A stretch of DNA of 53,599 nt. It comes from Octopus bimaculoides. Taxonomy: Eukaryota. Made by a program: the position numbers and the translations under genes. The DNA is taken from positions 5,681,086-5,734,684 of the forward strand of contig NC_068988.1 of assembly GCF_001194135.2 (NCBI RefSeq), read 5' to 3'. Below are positions 1-14,184 of the stretch, piece after piece (the stretch's first letter is position 1; each line of letters begins with the position of its first letter). The notes beneath the pieces were generated by a model, which saw nothing but the letters and a program-made list of their open reading frames with translations, had not been told where the DNA came from and ran no database searches.

Positions 1-251
1 GAAGTTCAAAAGATAGTGCTCATGGGAACTGCCCATATCCTACGTAAAATACTGTCTATGTGATCTCAAATTTTAAAGCAAACAATTTTCTTATGGTTTC
101 TTAAACATTCACTAGAACAAAACTGTACAAATCCAAATATATGGTACCCTAGGCATAACACCTACATGAACTTCTAACTTGTTGTCTCTTGAGGTCTCTG
201 GGTGAGACTTGGATCCAATTTGTACAAATGCAAAACAAAAGTCAAACATAA

Positions 252-290
<39 letters not shown>
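1..290 (+). mobile_element. 3' end of an R4/Dong-like (RLE-clade) non-LTR retrotransposon followed by (TAA)n
   Basis: Frame 1 reads EVQKIVLMGTAHILRKILSM*, the typical RLE-LINE C-terminus; 3' UTR near-identical to 50290-50530 and 51104-51380; ends in a TAA array. Confidence 0.7.
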
Positions 291-291
<1 letters not shown>

Positions 292-898
292 GTACGTCAC
301 ACGTATTGAGAGAAGTATTGCTGCTGTGAATTTTTTTTTTGCTTTTTAGCCCTTTGTTTACTTTTATAACTTATATATTTTCTTTTTTCTTCCACTTTTT
401 TCTATCACAAGACTTTACAAATGAACAATCTGGTGCGATTATTTGAATTGCCTACAAATGTATACAGTGCGTTCCACCCCAACCAAAAAAGAAAATAAAA
501 AGAATTAAATTAAAATGCAGCACACCCCACCCCACCATCACAGAGGTGCAACAAAGGATGCAATAGGAAGTTGCTTGGAACTTTCAGATGTCAAAGAATA
601 ATAGTAGTGATGACGATTGTGATGAACGTCAGCGTACTTCCGACGACCTGTGGTTATAACAGCTAAAATGAAGCTGGACCTTTAAGGGAAGGCTTCCCGC
701 TCGGCAGTGGACCAATAAGGATGCAGACTGACCACAACTATATATATATATATATATACTTGGCTAGAAACGTAAAAGACTTTCTCACCTTCCAGAGCGT
801 TAAACTAATACACCTGTTTGTCGTTTACACACCTGTCCTTGTCTTTTGTTTATTTGTAAATTCCAACTATTACTGAATCTCCAGTATTTTTGCTACTT

Positions 899-958
<60 letters not shown>

Positions 959-2502
959 NNNNNNNNNNNNNNNNNNNNNNNNNNNNNNNNNNNNNNNNNN
1001 NNNNNNNNNNNNNNNNNNNNNNNNNNNNNNNNNNNNNNNNNNNNNNNNNNNNNNNNNNNNNNNNNNNNNNNNNNNNNNNNNNNNNNNNNNNNNNNNNNNN
1101 NNNNNNNNNNNNNNNNNNNNNNNNNNNNNNNNNNNNNNNNNNNNNNNNNNNNNNNNNNNNNNNNNNNNNNNNNNNNNNNNNNNNNNNNNNNNNNNNNNNN
1201 NNNNNNNNNNNNNNNNNNNNNNNNNNNNNNNNNNNNNNNNNNNNNNNNNNNNNNNNNNNNNNNNNNNNNNNNNNNNNNNNNNNNNNNNNNNNNNNNNNNN
1301 NNNNNNNNNNNNNNNNNNNNNNNNNNNNNNNNNNNNNNNNNNNNNNNNNNNNNNNNNNNNNNNNNNNNNNNNNNNNNNNNNNNNNNNNNNNNNNNNNNNN
1401 NNNNNNNNNNNNNNNNNNNNNNNNNNNNNNNNNNNNNNNNNNNNNNNNNNNNNNNNNNNNNNNNNNNNNNNNNNNNNNNNNNNNNNNNNNNNNNNNNNNN
1501 NNNNNNNNNNNNNNNNNNNNNNNNNNNNNNNNNNNNNNNNNNNNNNNNNNNNNNNNNNNNNNNNNNNNNNNNNNNNNNNNNNNNNNNNNNNNNNNNNNNN
1601 NNNNNNNNNNNNNNNNNNNNNNNNNNNNNNNNNNNNNNNNNNNNNNNNNNNNNNNNNNNNNNNNNNNNNNNNNNNNNNNNNNNNNNNNNNNNNNNNNNNN
1701 NNNNNNNNNNNNNNNNNNNNNNNNNNNNNNNNNNNNNNNNNNNNNNNNCATATATGTATATATTAACAAGGACAGAAGTCCAGTAGTTGCAGACCATGGT
1801 GCTCCCTTTGGGATTAAGGCTGAATGCGTATACCACCGAAACGAATGCCACGGGACATTTATTTAGTTTGCCGATATCTCTAATAATCCAACATCATAAA
1901 TAATTGGTCTCTATCAAACCGGCCAATTTGCTGTCTATATTGATGTCATTGAAGAAATCGAACACTGGTACACGAACAATATTGCCTGAAAGCAACAGAT
2001 CCGTTAGAGAGATGCGATGAAAATTTTACGACTTTGCTCGATAGAGCAAAGAGAGAAAATTATGCGATAATATATTTCTGATAGATCCTGAAACGTTGGC
2101 ACTAAAAGCTATATTAATACCTGAACGGATCACCACTGTATAGTGGCCAACATAAGATCGAAAGCTAGATGCTACAATAGCTTTGTGATTAAATATCCTG
2201 CTGAAATTCATAATAGATATACATGAGTGAATGTAGATTACGTCATAATGTAAACCGACCATCTACCACCTACAATTTAAGACGATCCTAATTTGCAGAA
2301 AGTAAGAAAACTGTGGGTACTAAATTTGGACTTCGTCATTCACGAAATACCGACGAAAGAAAATGGATTAGCGATAGTGCAGCTACACCAAAGTCGGTGC
2401 TCGAGCATGGCCACAACCTACGTATTGAAAGAAGTAAGAGATGAAATGTAAAAAGATAAAATTAAGATTTGATATTATGAAGTTATCGTAAAAGATACTC
2501 AC

Positions 2503-3453
2503 TGATTTATTTAAATGAACTCCACACCAGAACAATAGTATCAAATATATGAAGCATCCTATCATCACCGTTGCTAAATATACGTACGTGTCGATGTTAG
2601 CATTCAGTGAGCCATTTATAATCCCGTAAGTTGCAACGCAACTGCTAACAATGGAAGCAAGTACGACAAATCCTGATGTTAGTTGTAAAGATTCATTTAC
2701 AAATTTCAATTTCCTACTCAGAATATTATGAGCGTCACATATTTCTGTGACATCTTTGTTGTTCATGATGAAATTTGAATGGTCGGATTGCTTCTCCGTT
2801 ACAAAGCGTTCAGCTTCGTTTGCCAACTTCTTGAACTCATAGCTGAGTGTAAATTCGACTATCAAGTCTACGTACAGATCAACTAACATAGTGCCAACGG
2901 TAATGCAATTAAATGTAGCTTGTATTGCTAAAAATGAGTGTTTGAAGATATTGGTTGATATCGGATGTGTAAAGTATTCCAACAAAGCTTTATCAAAATA
3001 TGGCAACACGAAATCTATAACTATGTTAGAAAAGACCGTCATGCATATAAATGCCATAAATGCCGTAAATGAATATGAGAAAAGTAACATGCGGCATTTT
3101 CTACCTTCTTCTTCAAGTTTGATTTCGGCAAGTTCTTCAGTCAGTAGCTTGAGTTTAGATTGTTTGAAAATTTTCAACAAAGTAAAGATAGAAAGACAAA
3201 CTCTGAAAATGAGTATGTAAATGTACACAAACATTTGATCAGTTTTACTTTTTTCACATTGTGCTAAAGTAACAATGTGACGAATAGGGTTTGTAATCAC
3301 ATACGTAAAGAACAGAATATAAAATGCTTGGAAACAAACTGTTTTAAACTTTGGTGATTTCAATGATGAAATAGTCATACACGATTTGCTAAAATGATTA
3401 AATTTCTGATATAATTCCAGAAGTTTAAAGAACTGAGTTTCTTTTACTTTCAT
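2503..3453 (-). CDS. GRL/7TMIC-like receptor cassette 1: large coding exon (317 codons, TM1-TM6), C-terminal exon(s) not located
   Basis: ATG at 3453; open frame with six hydrophobic segments; paralogous to the other array members; ends at ...LNKS with donor TCA|GTGAGT at 2502. The ORF-track extension to 2383 is intron read-through. Family assignment is by motif/topology recognition only. Confidence 0.8.
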
Positions 3454-3979
3454 AATTCTTCAAATTTTGTCCCCTTCAAAGTTTGTTTATGCAAAACAAC
3501 ACTTGTTAAGTTGTTGATAGGGGCGATGCAGGTTTATATTTCCTTGTGAACTTACTTGTCAATATACGCATCGATTAAAGAGTAACTTAATTTACTAGAA
3601 ACAACGAATCAGTAGCCAAGAAGAGAGATAGAGCTCTTACTAATTTCTTCCATATACTTTGTCAATATCAAGTTCAAATGATGTATTATGGTCTAACTGT
3701 AATTAATATTAGTATTGACTATGTTAGAGTAATCGAAATAGAAATGCTTATATATCCGTATAGAGAACATTGCCTGATTTCAATTGTCCTATAACGAATC
3801 AACACTGATTAATTAATTGAGACGGTGCTTTTGTATTAAGAGAATGCATTTAGTTTCCTTTCTTTCACATATCAAGCATATATATTAATTCAACATATAT
3901 TAATATAAACCTCTCTCTCTCCCTCTTTCCGCGTGTGTATATATACATATAAATACATACATATACATACATACACACA

Positions 3980-4047
<68 letters not shown>

Positions 4048-4106
4048 NNNNNNNNNNNNTATATGTATGTATATACAGTAACTATCTATCAAGCAATGAA
4101 TCGACC

Positions 4107-5351
4107 TATCCGCCTCCCATAAATAATGCATTTTTTCAATTGCATGAACTAAAAGTCGGATGGGGACGGGATAAACTACATGCAGCAACTTGCTATAAAA
4201 AGCCGGTAGTAATTTTACCTTGGACTTATTCTTCGTGCGATATTTTTCAAAACTGTAATGGAAGTGACAAAGGAGCACATTCGGCATCTATTGCTTTTTG
4301 AACCCGATAAAGGAAACAACGCAGCGGAAAGTGCAAGGAATATTAATGCAGTATATGAGGATCGCACAATGTGCGTAAACCAGTCTCGACGGTGGTTCCA
4401 GAAATTCTGAGCCGGAAACTACAGCCTAGAAGTCGTGCCTCGTCCTGGAAGATCTGTAAAGCTCGACGATGACGTCCTGCAAACCCTGGTGGAACAAAAT
4501 TCCATCGTAATTGGTGTGTAACTAGCAGAGAAGCTTGTATTTGATCATTCAACAATTCATCGACACATGCGTGCCATCGGAAATGTTAGCAAATTGGGTC
4601 AAAATGTTCCTCAAAAACTTACCAAGTCTAATCACGCGCAAAGAGTGAATGTGTACTGTTCCTTGCTGCCACGTCTCACGAACGAACCTTCGTGACAGAT
4701 GTGACAGATGACGAGAAAAATGTGAATCTATAAAAATGTGAATCGCCAAAGACAGTGAGTAGGGAAAGGAGAAATACCGGCACCCCAGGCTAAAGAAGGT
4801 CTTCCCCCACGTAACGTGTTGTTATCTATTTGGTGGGATATGAATGATTTCGTCCTTTTTAAAATTTTAAACCTAAACCAAACGATAACAAAAGAGATCT
4901 ACTTCGAGCAGCTTGAGCGGCTTAAGTCAGCACTAGAAGAAAAACGACCATCTTTGGTTTCAAGACACAAGGTATTTTCCAATGAGAATAATGCTTGTCC
5001 ACATACAGCGAGGATTACATTCCAAAAGCTGGGGAAGTTTGAATGCGAAACGATGCCCCACCCACTGTAATTGTTGGACATTGCCCCATCTGTTTACCAT
5101 TTATTCCGCTGTTTTCAAAATCATTTGAACGGAAAAAATATGAATTCTGCAAACGAGGTCAGAACAGTACTGGAGGAGTATTTCTCCTCACGGTCAAGTG
5201 AATCTGTAAGAGCGGCCTTGCAAGACTAACAGATAAATGGAAGAGCATTCTAGAAACTGAAGGTGATTATATTTTAGATTGAAAAAGAACTCTGTTTATC
5301 ATAATTTCGAAATATTAAAGAAGTATAAAAACCCCCATTATTTATCCGATA
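4107..5351 (+). mobile_element. Decayed near-full-length mariner transposon
   Basis: Broken transposase frames MEVTKEHIRHLLLFE...AAESARNINAVY...RWFQKF, LLSIWWDM, NNACPHTARIT, PHPL*LLDIAPSVYHLF; degraded terminal repeats sharing ATAAATAATG. Confidence 0.85.
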
Positions 5352-5368
5352 TATATATATATATATAT

Positions 5369-5606
5369 GAAGAAAAGCAACAAAAATTCAATAGGTTATA
5401 GCAGTACGTACGTTTCGTACAAACTTCATTTATTCATGTAGTGAGAACACTACATAAAATGTGCAATGAAAATGTACTCCTCAGCTGCATAATGGAATTT
5501 CATTTTAGAAAGTCATTTTATGTAGCGTTCTCACTACATGAATAGATGAAGTTTGTACGAAACGTACGTACTGCTATAACCTATTGAATTTTTGTTGCTT
5601 TTCTTC
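5369..5606. mobile_element. Foldback MITE-like element, 93-bp inverted arms
   Basis: 5369-5461 is the reverse complement of 5514-5606 with about 2 mismatches; 52-nt spacer. Confidence 0.8.
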
Positions 5607-5707
5607 AAATTTTATTCACCAAATCTCTTGATTTTGTTTTTGGTTTTTACCCTACCAAATTCTGGTGCCTCAAACATGTTAAGTACCACATTTAATATTT
5701 TGATTAA

Positions 5708-5794
<87 letters not shown>

Positions 5795-5795
<1 letters not shown>

Positions 5796-7080
5796 TAGGT
5801 TGCTAAGAAAGTTCTTTAACCTTTAAATTCAGATGCACATATCTCGGCTCAAACAAAACTTTATTAATCGAAGTACACACCATCAGAATCAACACACTTT
5901 TGCCAACGCGAAACAAGTTTATTTATGCCAGTAGCGTAATAATCCTGCGTTCTGGTGGCGATGAAATCATTGAAGCTGTGTTTGGCATCGTCTTGGTTTT
6001 TTGAAGCATTTCTCACACAGGAAGTTTTCGAGATGCTTGAAAAAGTGCTAGTCGGTAGGCGAGAGGTCAAGTGAGTATGGCGGATGAGGTAGAGTTTCGT
6101 AGCCCAATTCGTTCAACTTGTGTAGGGTCAGTTGTGCGACGTGCGGCCGAACGTTGTCGCGTTGAAGAATTGGTCCTTTTCTATTGACCAATGCTAGCTG
6201 TTGTCGTAGGAGTTTCTTATGCATTTTATCCATTTGCTGACAGTACTTCTCCGCCATAATAGTTTCGCCTGGATCCAAAACGGTATGATGGATGAGACCG
6301 GCCGCAGACCACCAAACAGTGACCATGACCTTCTTTTGGTTCAACTTTGGATTCCGGAAGTGCAATGGAGCTTTGCCGGTGTCCAACCACTGAGCTGAAC
6401 GTCGCCGGTTGTCGTAAAGAATCGACTTTACATCGCAAGTCACAATCCGGTCGAGAAACGGGTCGTTCTTGTTGCGTAAGAGAAGGGAAGACGACACTTC
6501 AAAACAGCGTTTTTTTCTTGTTTTGGTTGTCGTTTAATTCGTGCGGCACCCATTTCTCAAGTATTTTTGTTTTTCCAATCTCTTCCAAGTGGTTGTAAAT
6601 TGTGGTATACATTACGTCTAATTCAAAAGCAAGCTCTCGAACAGTTGTGCGTGGATTGGCTTCCACTAAGGCTCTTAGTTGATTGTTGTCAACATCCGAT
6701 AGCAGACCACTATACTTATCATCTTCAAGACTCTCGCCACCGCTACGAAATTTCTTGAACCACTATTGTGCTGTACGTTCATTAGTGGTTCCTGGGCCAA
6801 ACGCATCGTTGATATCACGAGCTGTTTCAGCAGCTTTTCAGCCTAGTTTGAAATGGAATAAGAAAATTGTGCGAATTTGCTTTTTGTCCATGTTGTATTC
6901 AACGTTCCAGAAAAAATGTCCTAATTATTCAAAAAGAAAAAGAGTAACACGATTAGATAGAGCGAAAAACGGGCTTTAAAATGATATATAAACTCAAAGT
7001 AATTTGATGAAAATTAATTTGAAAATACATCATTTAAAACTAAAATTTAAAATTCCGCAAGAACTTTCTTGATGACCCAA
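5795..7080 (-). mobile_element. Full-length (1286 bp) frameshifted mariner transposon
   Basis: TIRs (ctaggttgctaagaaagttctt / rc ttgggtcatcaagaaagttctt) flanked by TA; transposase motifs KWVPHEL, RIVTCD, KKVMVTVWW, DNVRPH, HPPYSLDLSPTD. Confidence 0.93.
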
Positions 7081-7195
7081 TATATTAGAATTTGATGTGA
7101 ATAGGATAACTATAAACATATTAATGGGAACTGCCTCATGAATATATCAATCTCTTTATATACAAACATACATACATGCATGCATACATATATAC

Positions 7196-7239
<44 letters not shown>

Positions 7240-7247
7240 ATTATTAT

Positions 7248-7329
7248 TCACGTCACTTCCTGGAATCGAACTCGGAATCTTGGAGTTAGTAGCCCGCGCT
7301 CTTAACCACTACGCCACATACCCGTGGGC
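7248..7329 (-). mobile_element. Short tRNA-derived SINE with (AAT)n tail
   Basis: A-box TGGCGTAGTGG and B-box GAGTTCGATTCC, then a tail into AAT/TA repeats. Confidence 0.7.
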
Positions 7330-7940
7330 TTGGGTAAATAATGTACATAATTCCTCATCTCTTGAATATAGAACTGTATTATATAATTGATATCCTACCG
7401 AGTGGCTTCCAGCTAAATATAAAATATATATACAAAATTCATTGATGATGTTTGATTAAATTTTCATAGAGAATAGACTGAGTTATAAACAGTAGCAAAT
7501 AATTTTATTAATATTCTGACTTTATTTTCCTAATATATGGATATTGTACTAACATTTAATGCAAGTTCATGGAATTACACAAAACATGGAATTACACAGA
7601 ATATAGGACTTGACTATACAATGGTAGAGGAATAAACATATGCATAGAACTTTGAACTTTGAACTCTTTTTTTTATTCCTCAGTGATGATCGCACCTTCT
7701 TTTCTTTTGTCTTTTTTTTTTCATCTTACTTCCTAAAATTGACATCTTTGAAATGTCACCAGCCCTTGTGTTTATGCGTTTATTTACAAATATATTGAAA
7801 GGTATACAATGGAAAGAAAAAAGAAAGGAAAAAGAAAAAGAAAAGTGCTTTGTAATGAAATTTCAATGAATTGACCACATCAGATTGAAAGGAAATCCCT
7901 CTCTCCAGCTATTTAACTATCTATCTGTCTCTCTGTCTGC

Positions 7941-8008
<68 letters not shown>

Positions 8009-8576
8009 TCCCCATTGTTTATTATTTTTCTCCTCTTAGAGGATTGTCCTGAAACCTCTCCCTTTGGATTTCTTCTCTCTCTTCCGCCTTTCTCCAAATC
8101 TCCTAAACTTTCTACCTGTATAAATATTAGATACGTAAAATTCATGAACTATAATTAATACTTGCATAGACTACAAGATGATTTGTACAGCACAAATGCA
8201 TATTACGGGTATATGTATGCACAAAAAACAAATGTATATGCGATATGTGTACCACGTTTGAAAACATTAATTGAAAAAAATAGCAAAAAGCACTTAGCGA
8301 AAATAAGCTTATATTCAACACATATACAGAGATATAGCGCTGTATTGCTATATTACATATGGCCTGTATTTATTCTGCTCGTTAGTTAATTCTGCCAGTT
8401 TACATTGCAAAGTGCAAGAAAAGTGGAAAGAATTGGTTATTTTCAATAGCGAAGTAGGACATTTAATTGACAGGAAAGCTAATTCATCTTTTCTGTCTAT
8501 TTTGTCACAATCAGGTGATAATAAAACGAACAAGAACAAAACAGCTCTTAAATGTAATATTAATTTTTCAACAGAA

Positions 8577-8915
8577 AGTGGTGAGCTGGCAGAATCGTTA
8601 TCACGCCGGTCAAAATGCTTGAGCACATTTCGTCCGTCCATACTTTCTGACTTCAAATTCCATGAAGGTCGACTTTGACATTCATACTTTCAATATCGAT
8701 AAAATAAGTGTCAGTTGAATATCAGGCCTTGTGTTTATAGTAGAAACCATTTTTCAACAGTAATGTAGTGAGCTCGTAGAATCGTCTGCACCTCGGTACA
8801 AGATGTGAAACGGCATTTAAATTTCGTCTGTCATTACTCCCTGATTTCAAACACCTTCGCCGTCAACTTTGCCTACCATAGTTTCAGGACCGATAGCATA
8901 AATACCAGCTGAGCT
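8577..8915 (+). mobile_element. Two tandem degenerate SINE copies
   Basis: Heads GTGAGCTGGCAGAATCGTTA (~8580) and GTGAGCTCGTAGAATCGT (~8768), same family as 14738, 41015, 45878 and 49418. Confidence 0.75.
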
Positions 8916-9589
8916 CTTGGCTTCATATCATCGACTTATGCTCTCCCCTGAAAATTGCAGGCCTTGTTTTCTTTTTCAGGCCTTTTTACTTTTACCCTTA
9001 TCGATAATTGTATTTATAATTTTCACCTTAAAAGGTATTTCTCATATGCTGGCCACTGATAAATTTTTTGATAATATCTATTTTATTTTACTTTATTCTA
9101 TATCGGCTTATATTCTATTCTATTATATTATATTATATTATTATATTATATTATATATTTGAAATTTTTATTCCTTTTATTCGTATTAATTTTTATTCGT
9201 ATTAATTTTAACTTCTATGAAATGATATTTACGTGTATTGTATTATACCTTTAACTCAATTTTTTTCATTTGTATGTTATCGGTTGAAACAATATATTCG
9301 TGTATAAAATTTTATACTATATATGCTATATTTTTTATTTATTATTTCTTCTTACGTTATTTTTCTTGCGTTATATCTTCTTATTCCTTATGTTTTGACG
9401 GATTATGTTGTATTTCTTATATATGTTCATTGAGGGGTGTGATATGTTAATTCGTTAACCCAGCGTTTTTATTCTATAACTAATATTTTTACTCTTGTCT
9501 CAATTATTCTGAGCACTTCTCCTTACAGCCCTGTATAAAATCTATTGGTTTCCTAATAAGAAATCATTGAGAGAAAGAGATAGATAGAT

Positions 9590-9862
9590 TTTGAAAGAAA
9601 GAAATGGAGAGAATTAGATGTCTGAAAAATTTAGTTGTACATTAAAGAAATGGTGAAAATTTCTTTTAAAAACATTGCAATACATTGATTATAAGTTGCA
9701 AATCTCAAAACGAAATTTAAAGAATTTAAATTCTTCTTTAGCTTTACAACTTATAACCAATTAATTTGTATTTTAATGTTTTTAAGAGGAATTTTTGAAC
9801 ATTTTAAAGCATACATATAAATTTTTCATACATCTAATTCTCTCCATTTTCTTTCCTTCAAT
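9590..9862. mobile_element. Old diverged foldback/MITE
   Basis: gaaatggagagaattagatgtctgaaaaattta pairs with taaatttttcatacatctaattctctccattt; inner arms (ttataagttg/caacttataa) also pair. Confidence 0.6.
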
Positions 9863-10498
9863 ATTACTAATTGATAATATATATAATTACAATAATCCCT
9901 AACATGTACAAGTGACATTTGCATCATAGGATAGAGATCAACCAGTGGAATTTCTTGGATGACATAATCTCTAATGAGGTTATAACTCCCTCGAATTTAC
10001 TATAAATCGATGTATATATATATATATATATATATAATCCAATTATATTCATAAACGGATTGAACAATCATCATTTTGGGCTCTACATATATTCTATAAA
10101 GCATAACATTTTAAATTTGACGAACATTTCACAAGGAAAAAACGCTCAATGGCTGTTTCATTAGTAATAGACAACATCACTATTAGAGTAACTTACCGAG
10201 ATATGTAATTAATATAAATAAAATGAAATTGCTTTAATTTCAAAGCGATGTTTATACAAAGCGATGTAGTTAGAATCTTGTTTCCCAACCTCAGGGTTGT
10301 AGGTTCAGTCCCACTGCCTGTCACCTACTTATATTTTAAGTAGTGTTTAAATACTTCACTTAGTAGTATTGAATATGTCATTTCATGAAACTATGTCTTT
10401 TTCTTACTGTCAACATATCCAATTCCATTCGGATTGAACCAACATCATTGATAGTTGTTGAAGCCGAAAATTTCGGTTGGCTTAATTTCAGAGCGCCC

Positions 10499-10566
<68 letters not shown>

Positions 10567-11364
10567 NNNNNNNNNNNNNNNNNNNNNNNNNNNNNNNNNN
10601 NNNNNNNNNNNNNNNNNNNNNNNNNNNNNNNNNNNNNNNNNNNNNNNNNNNNNNNNNNNNNNNNNNNNNNNNNNNNNNNNNNNNNNNNNNNNNNNNNNNN
10701 NNNNNNNNNNNNNNNNNNNNNNNNNNNNNNNNNNNNNNNNNNNNNNNNNNNNNNNNNNNNNNNNNNNNNNNNNNNNNNNNNNNNNNNNNNNNNNNNNNNN
10801 NNNNNNNNNNNNNNNNNNNNNNNNNNNNNNNNNNNNNNNNNNNNNNNNNNNNNNNNNNNNNNNNNNNNNNNNNNNNNNNNNNNNNNNNNNNNNNNNNNNN
10901 NNNNNNNNNNNNNNNNNNNNNNNNNNNNNNNNNNNNNNNNNNNNNNNNNNNNNNNNNNNNNNNNNNNNNNNNNNNNNNNNNNNNNNNNNNNNNNNNNNNN
11001 NNNNNNNNNNNNNNNNNNNNNNNNNNNNNNNNNNNNNNNNNNNNNNNNNNNNNNNNNNNNNNNNNNNNNNNNNNNNNNNNNNNNNNNNNNNNNNNNNNNN
11101 NNNNNNNNNNNNNNNNNNNNNNNNNNNNNNNNNNNNNNNNNNNNNNNNNNNNNNNNNNNNNNNNNNNNNNNNNNNNNNNNNNNNNNNNNNNNNNNNNNNN
11201 NNNNNNNNNNNNNNNNNNNNNNNNNNNNNNNNNNNNNNNNNNNNNNNNNNNNNNNNNNNNNNNNNNNNNNNNNNNNNNNNNNNNNNNNNNNNNNNNNNNN
11301 NNNNNNNNNNNNNNNNNNNNNNNNNNNNNNNNNNNNNNNNNNNNNNNNNNNNNNNNNNNNNNNN

Positions 11365-11411
<47 letters not shown>

Positions 11412-11843
11412 AGGCTTCTTTCAGTTTTTGTCTGCCTATTACTAGAGTTATAGAAAACTATACTCTTCCTACTTAAATTATGGGGCAGGCAATAACACTG
11501 TCTTCCGCATAGTTTTTGCTGATCATTATAGATTTCTGGTAGAATTATATCTGTTATGTGCTGAACAGGAATGTAGCTTTAAATGAAATTACACAACAGA
11601 AAACAAAAATTGTCTGATTGGAAGTCGCAAAATTAGAACAATAAATTCATTCTCAATTGTTTCACGCATCACAGAATCATGGGAAAATTCTATTACAGTC
11701 ACGTAACTCTATTCAAACAAAGATGTATTTTATAAATTACATTACGAGACGAAACTATTTTAATGCACACTGATATTAGGTCCTTTAAACTTACAGTAAA
11801 ATTTACATGTAATAGGAATCTATTATTTTAAAAAGAAACTCAC

Positions 11844-12797
11844 CGATTTATTCAAGCGAACTCCAAGCCAAAACATTGAAATCAAAGTTGACAAGCCAGC
11901 GGAAGCCATTAGTGTTACATAAATGAATATATAGGTGTTACTTTTGAAGGAATAGTTTATAATGCCGTAAGTTGAGACACAGCAGCTAATAATAGAACAA
12001 AATGCAAGGAATCCAGACTCAATGATTAGTGACTGATTCAGTAATCTCAGCATTGTACTAAGTGTATCGTGGGTGTTACATATTTCTGTAATGTCTCTCT
12101 CTACGTTGAAGAAAAACTGATTATGAGCTTGCATTTCCTTTACGTATCTTTGAGCCTTTTTCGCCGATTTATTAAACTCATAATTAAGTGCAAATGCGAT
12201 TATATAGTTTATGTACATATCAAATATAGAGAATACAAGTATGATGTTGTTAAATACAAGCTGTATCGTTAAAACCTTTATTTGATGTATATTCTTCATT
12301 GGTACCTCATATGTAATGAAATTCAGCAAATCCTTATTCAAAAGTGGTAAAATGACATCAAGAATTATATCCCAAGTAATGAAAAGAATAGTGAATATTG
12401 ATAGTGTTATAAATGAAAACATAAAATTACTGTTATAAAACTCTGCCTCACCGTCGTCTAGATTAATTTGTCTGAATAATTTAATTAGATTAGTGTATTT
12501 CCCTGGGATGAACAGTTTTAAGAAAAAATGGAGATATATGAGACTTCTGAACAATATTATATAAATATATGCAAATTTTTGATTTCCTTTAATAGACTCC
12601 AGTTGTATTAAACCATAAATTTGTAGAATGGGGTTTATAACCAAATATATACAAAACAGGCTACATAAAGTTTGCAAACATATTGTTTTAAATTCAATTG
12701 GTTTCAGGAGTGAGATTTTCGTAGCTGCTCTTTTCAAATCAGTAAATTTTCGATGAAATTCCAGTAGTTTTAGGAACTTTGTTTCTTTGGCATCCAT
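11844..12797 (-). CDS. GRL/7TMIC-like receptor cassette 2: large coding exon (318 codons)
   Basis: ATG at 12797; family motifs YEFNK, ITEICNTHDTLST, TYGIINYS, WLGVRLNKS; donor TCG|GTGAGT at 11843. Confidence 0.8.
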
Positions 12798-13385
12798 AAT
12801 TTTTTTTTTTAGAATCCGCCTTCTTCGTTATCAAGATCTGGTATAGTATATGTGGCTGACGTAACGTTTCCTTTTTACTGCGCTGGCTAAACAAACTACT
12901 AATTTGCTTACACTCGCGCAGAAATAATATAAACATCGAAATATGATTGAATTTGCTAATCGATTAAATTCTGTTCAAGTCTTCCAAATTGTCGTGGGAC
13001 AAACATCTGATGAATTGTGAATAGATTCTTTCCGGTTTACTAAAATTTACGTTTATTTAGAGGAGTAAAGATGTTGCAGTTTATCAAATAATACTTTCTA
13101 ATATATGCTTGCCGTAATCGGGAAAACTAAATAAATATTGCAATTACAGAATTTATGTACTTCCAGTATATATACTACCAAGCGAAAATAATACGATCCT
13201 GTAAAACATGTTTGTGTAGGGAAGAGTTAATTTTTATCGACTCTTTCCAATAATCGAGCAATATTCATTAGTTTATATTCTGAAACATATTAAAGTCATG
13301 ACTACGGGTGAATGTATAAACAGATAAATAGAATGAATATGTTTCCAAACACACATAAACACACACATACACACACAAACGAACA

Positions 13386-13417
<32 letters not shown>

Positions 13418-14128
13418 NNNNNNNNNNNNNNNNNNNNNNNNNNNNNNNNNNNNNNNNNNNNNNNNNNNNNNNNNNNNNNNNNNNNNNNNNNNNNNNNNNN
13501 NNNNNNNNNNNNNNNNNNNNNNNNNNNNNNNNNNNNNNNNNNNNNNNNNNNNNNNNNNNNNNNNNNNNNNNNNNNNNNNNNNNNNNNNNNNNNNNNNNNN
13601 NNNNNNNNNNNNNNNNNNNNNNNNNNNNNNNNNNNNNNNNNNNNNNNNNNNNNNNNNNNNNNNNNNNNNNNNNNNNNNNNNNNNNNNNNNNNNNNNNNNN
13701 NNNNNNNNNNNNNNNNNNNNNNNNNNNNNNNNNNNNNNNNNNNNNNNNNNNNNNNNNNNNNNNNNNNNNNNNNNNNNNNNNNNNNNNNNNNNNNNNNNNN
13801 NNNNNNNNNNNNNNNNNNNNNNNNNNNNNNNNNNNNNNNNNNNNNNNNNNNNNNNNNNNNNNNNNNNNNNNNNNNNNNNNNNNNNNNNNNNNNNNNNNNN
13901 NNNNNNNNNNNNNNNNNNNNNNNNNNNNNNNNNNNNNNNNNNNNNNNNNNNNNNNNNNNNNNNNNNNNNNNNNNNNNNNNNNNNNNNNNNNNNNNNNNNN
14001 NNNNNNNNNNNNNNNNNNNNNNNNNNNNNNNNNNNNNNNNNNNNNNNNNNNNNNNNNNNNNNNNNNNNNNNNNNNNNNNNNNNNNNNNNNNNNNNNNNNN
14101 NNNNNNNNNNNNNNNNNNNNNNNNNNNN

Positions 14129-14184
<56 letters not shown>

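Noticed and set aside
2189-2269. Possible TM7 remnant downstream of cassette 1 (tag|VVDGRFTL*RNLHSLMYIYYEFQQDI*)
   Set aside because: Superficially like VGG.FT...QF, but it has an internal stop, lacks the TY motif and is ~8 residues too short. Probably chance; recheck with a profile search.
2340-2417. Apparent acceptor (polypyrimidine + TACGTAG) 85 nt after the cassette-1 donor, giving VVAMLEHRLWCSCTIANPFSFVGIS*
   Set aside because: No counterpart after other donors, no GRL C-terminal motif, and the sequence resembles a degraded SINE head.
7248-7329. tRNA-like sequences here and at 35299-35365
   Set aside because: They have A/B boxes but no proper acceptor stem and continue into SINE bodies or tails; called SINEs, not tRNA genes.
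10160-10235. Minus-strand donor GTAAGT preceded by FILITYL
   Set aside because: In-frame stop just upstream, no good acceptor and no following QF exon; consistent with AT-rich chance.
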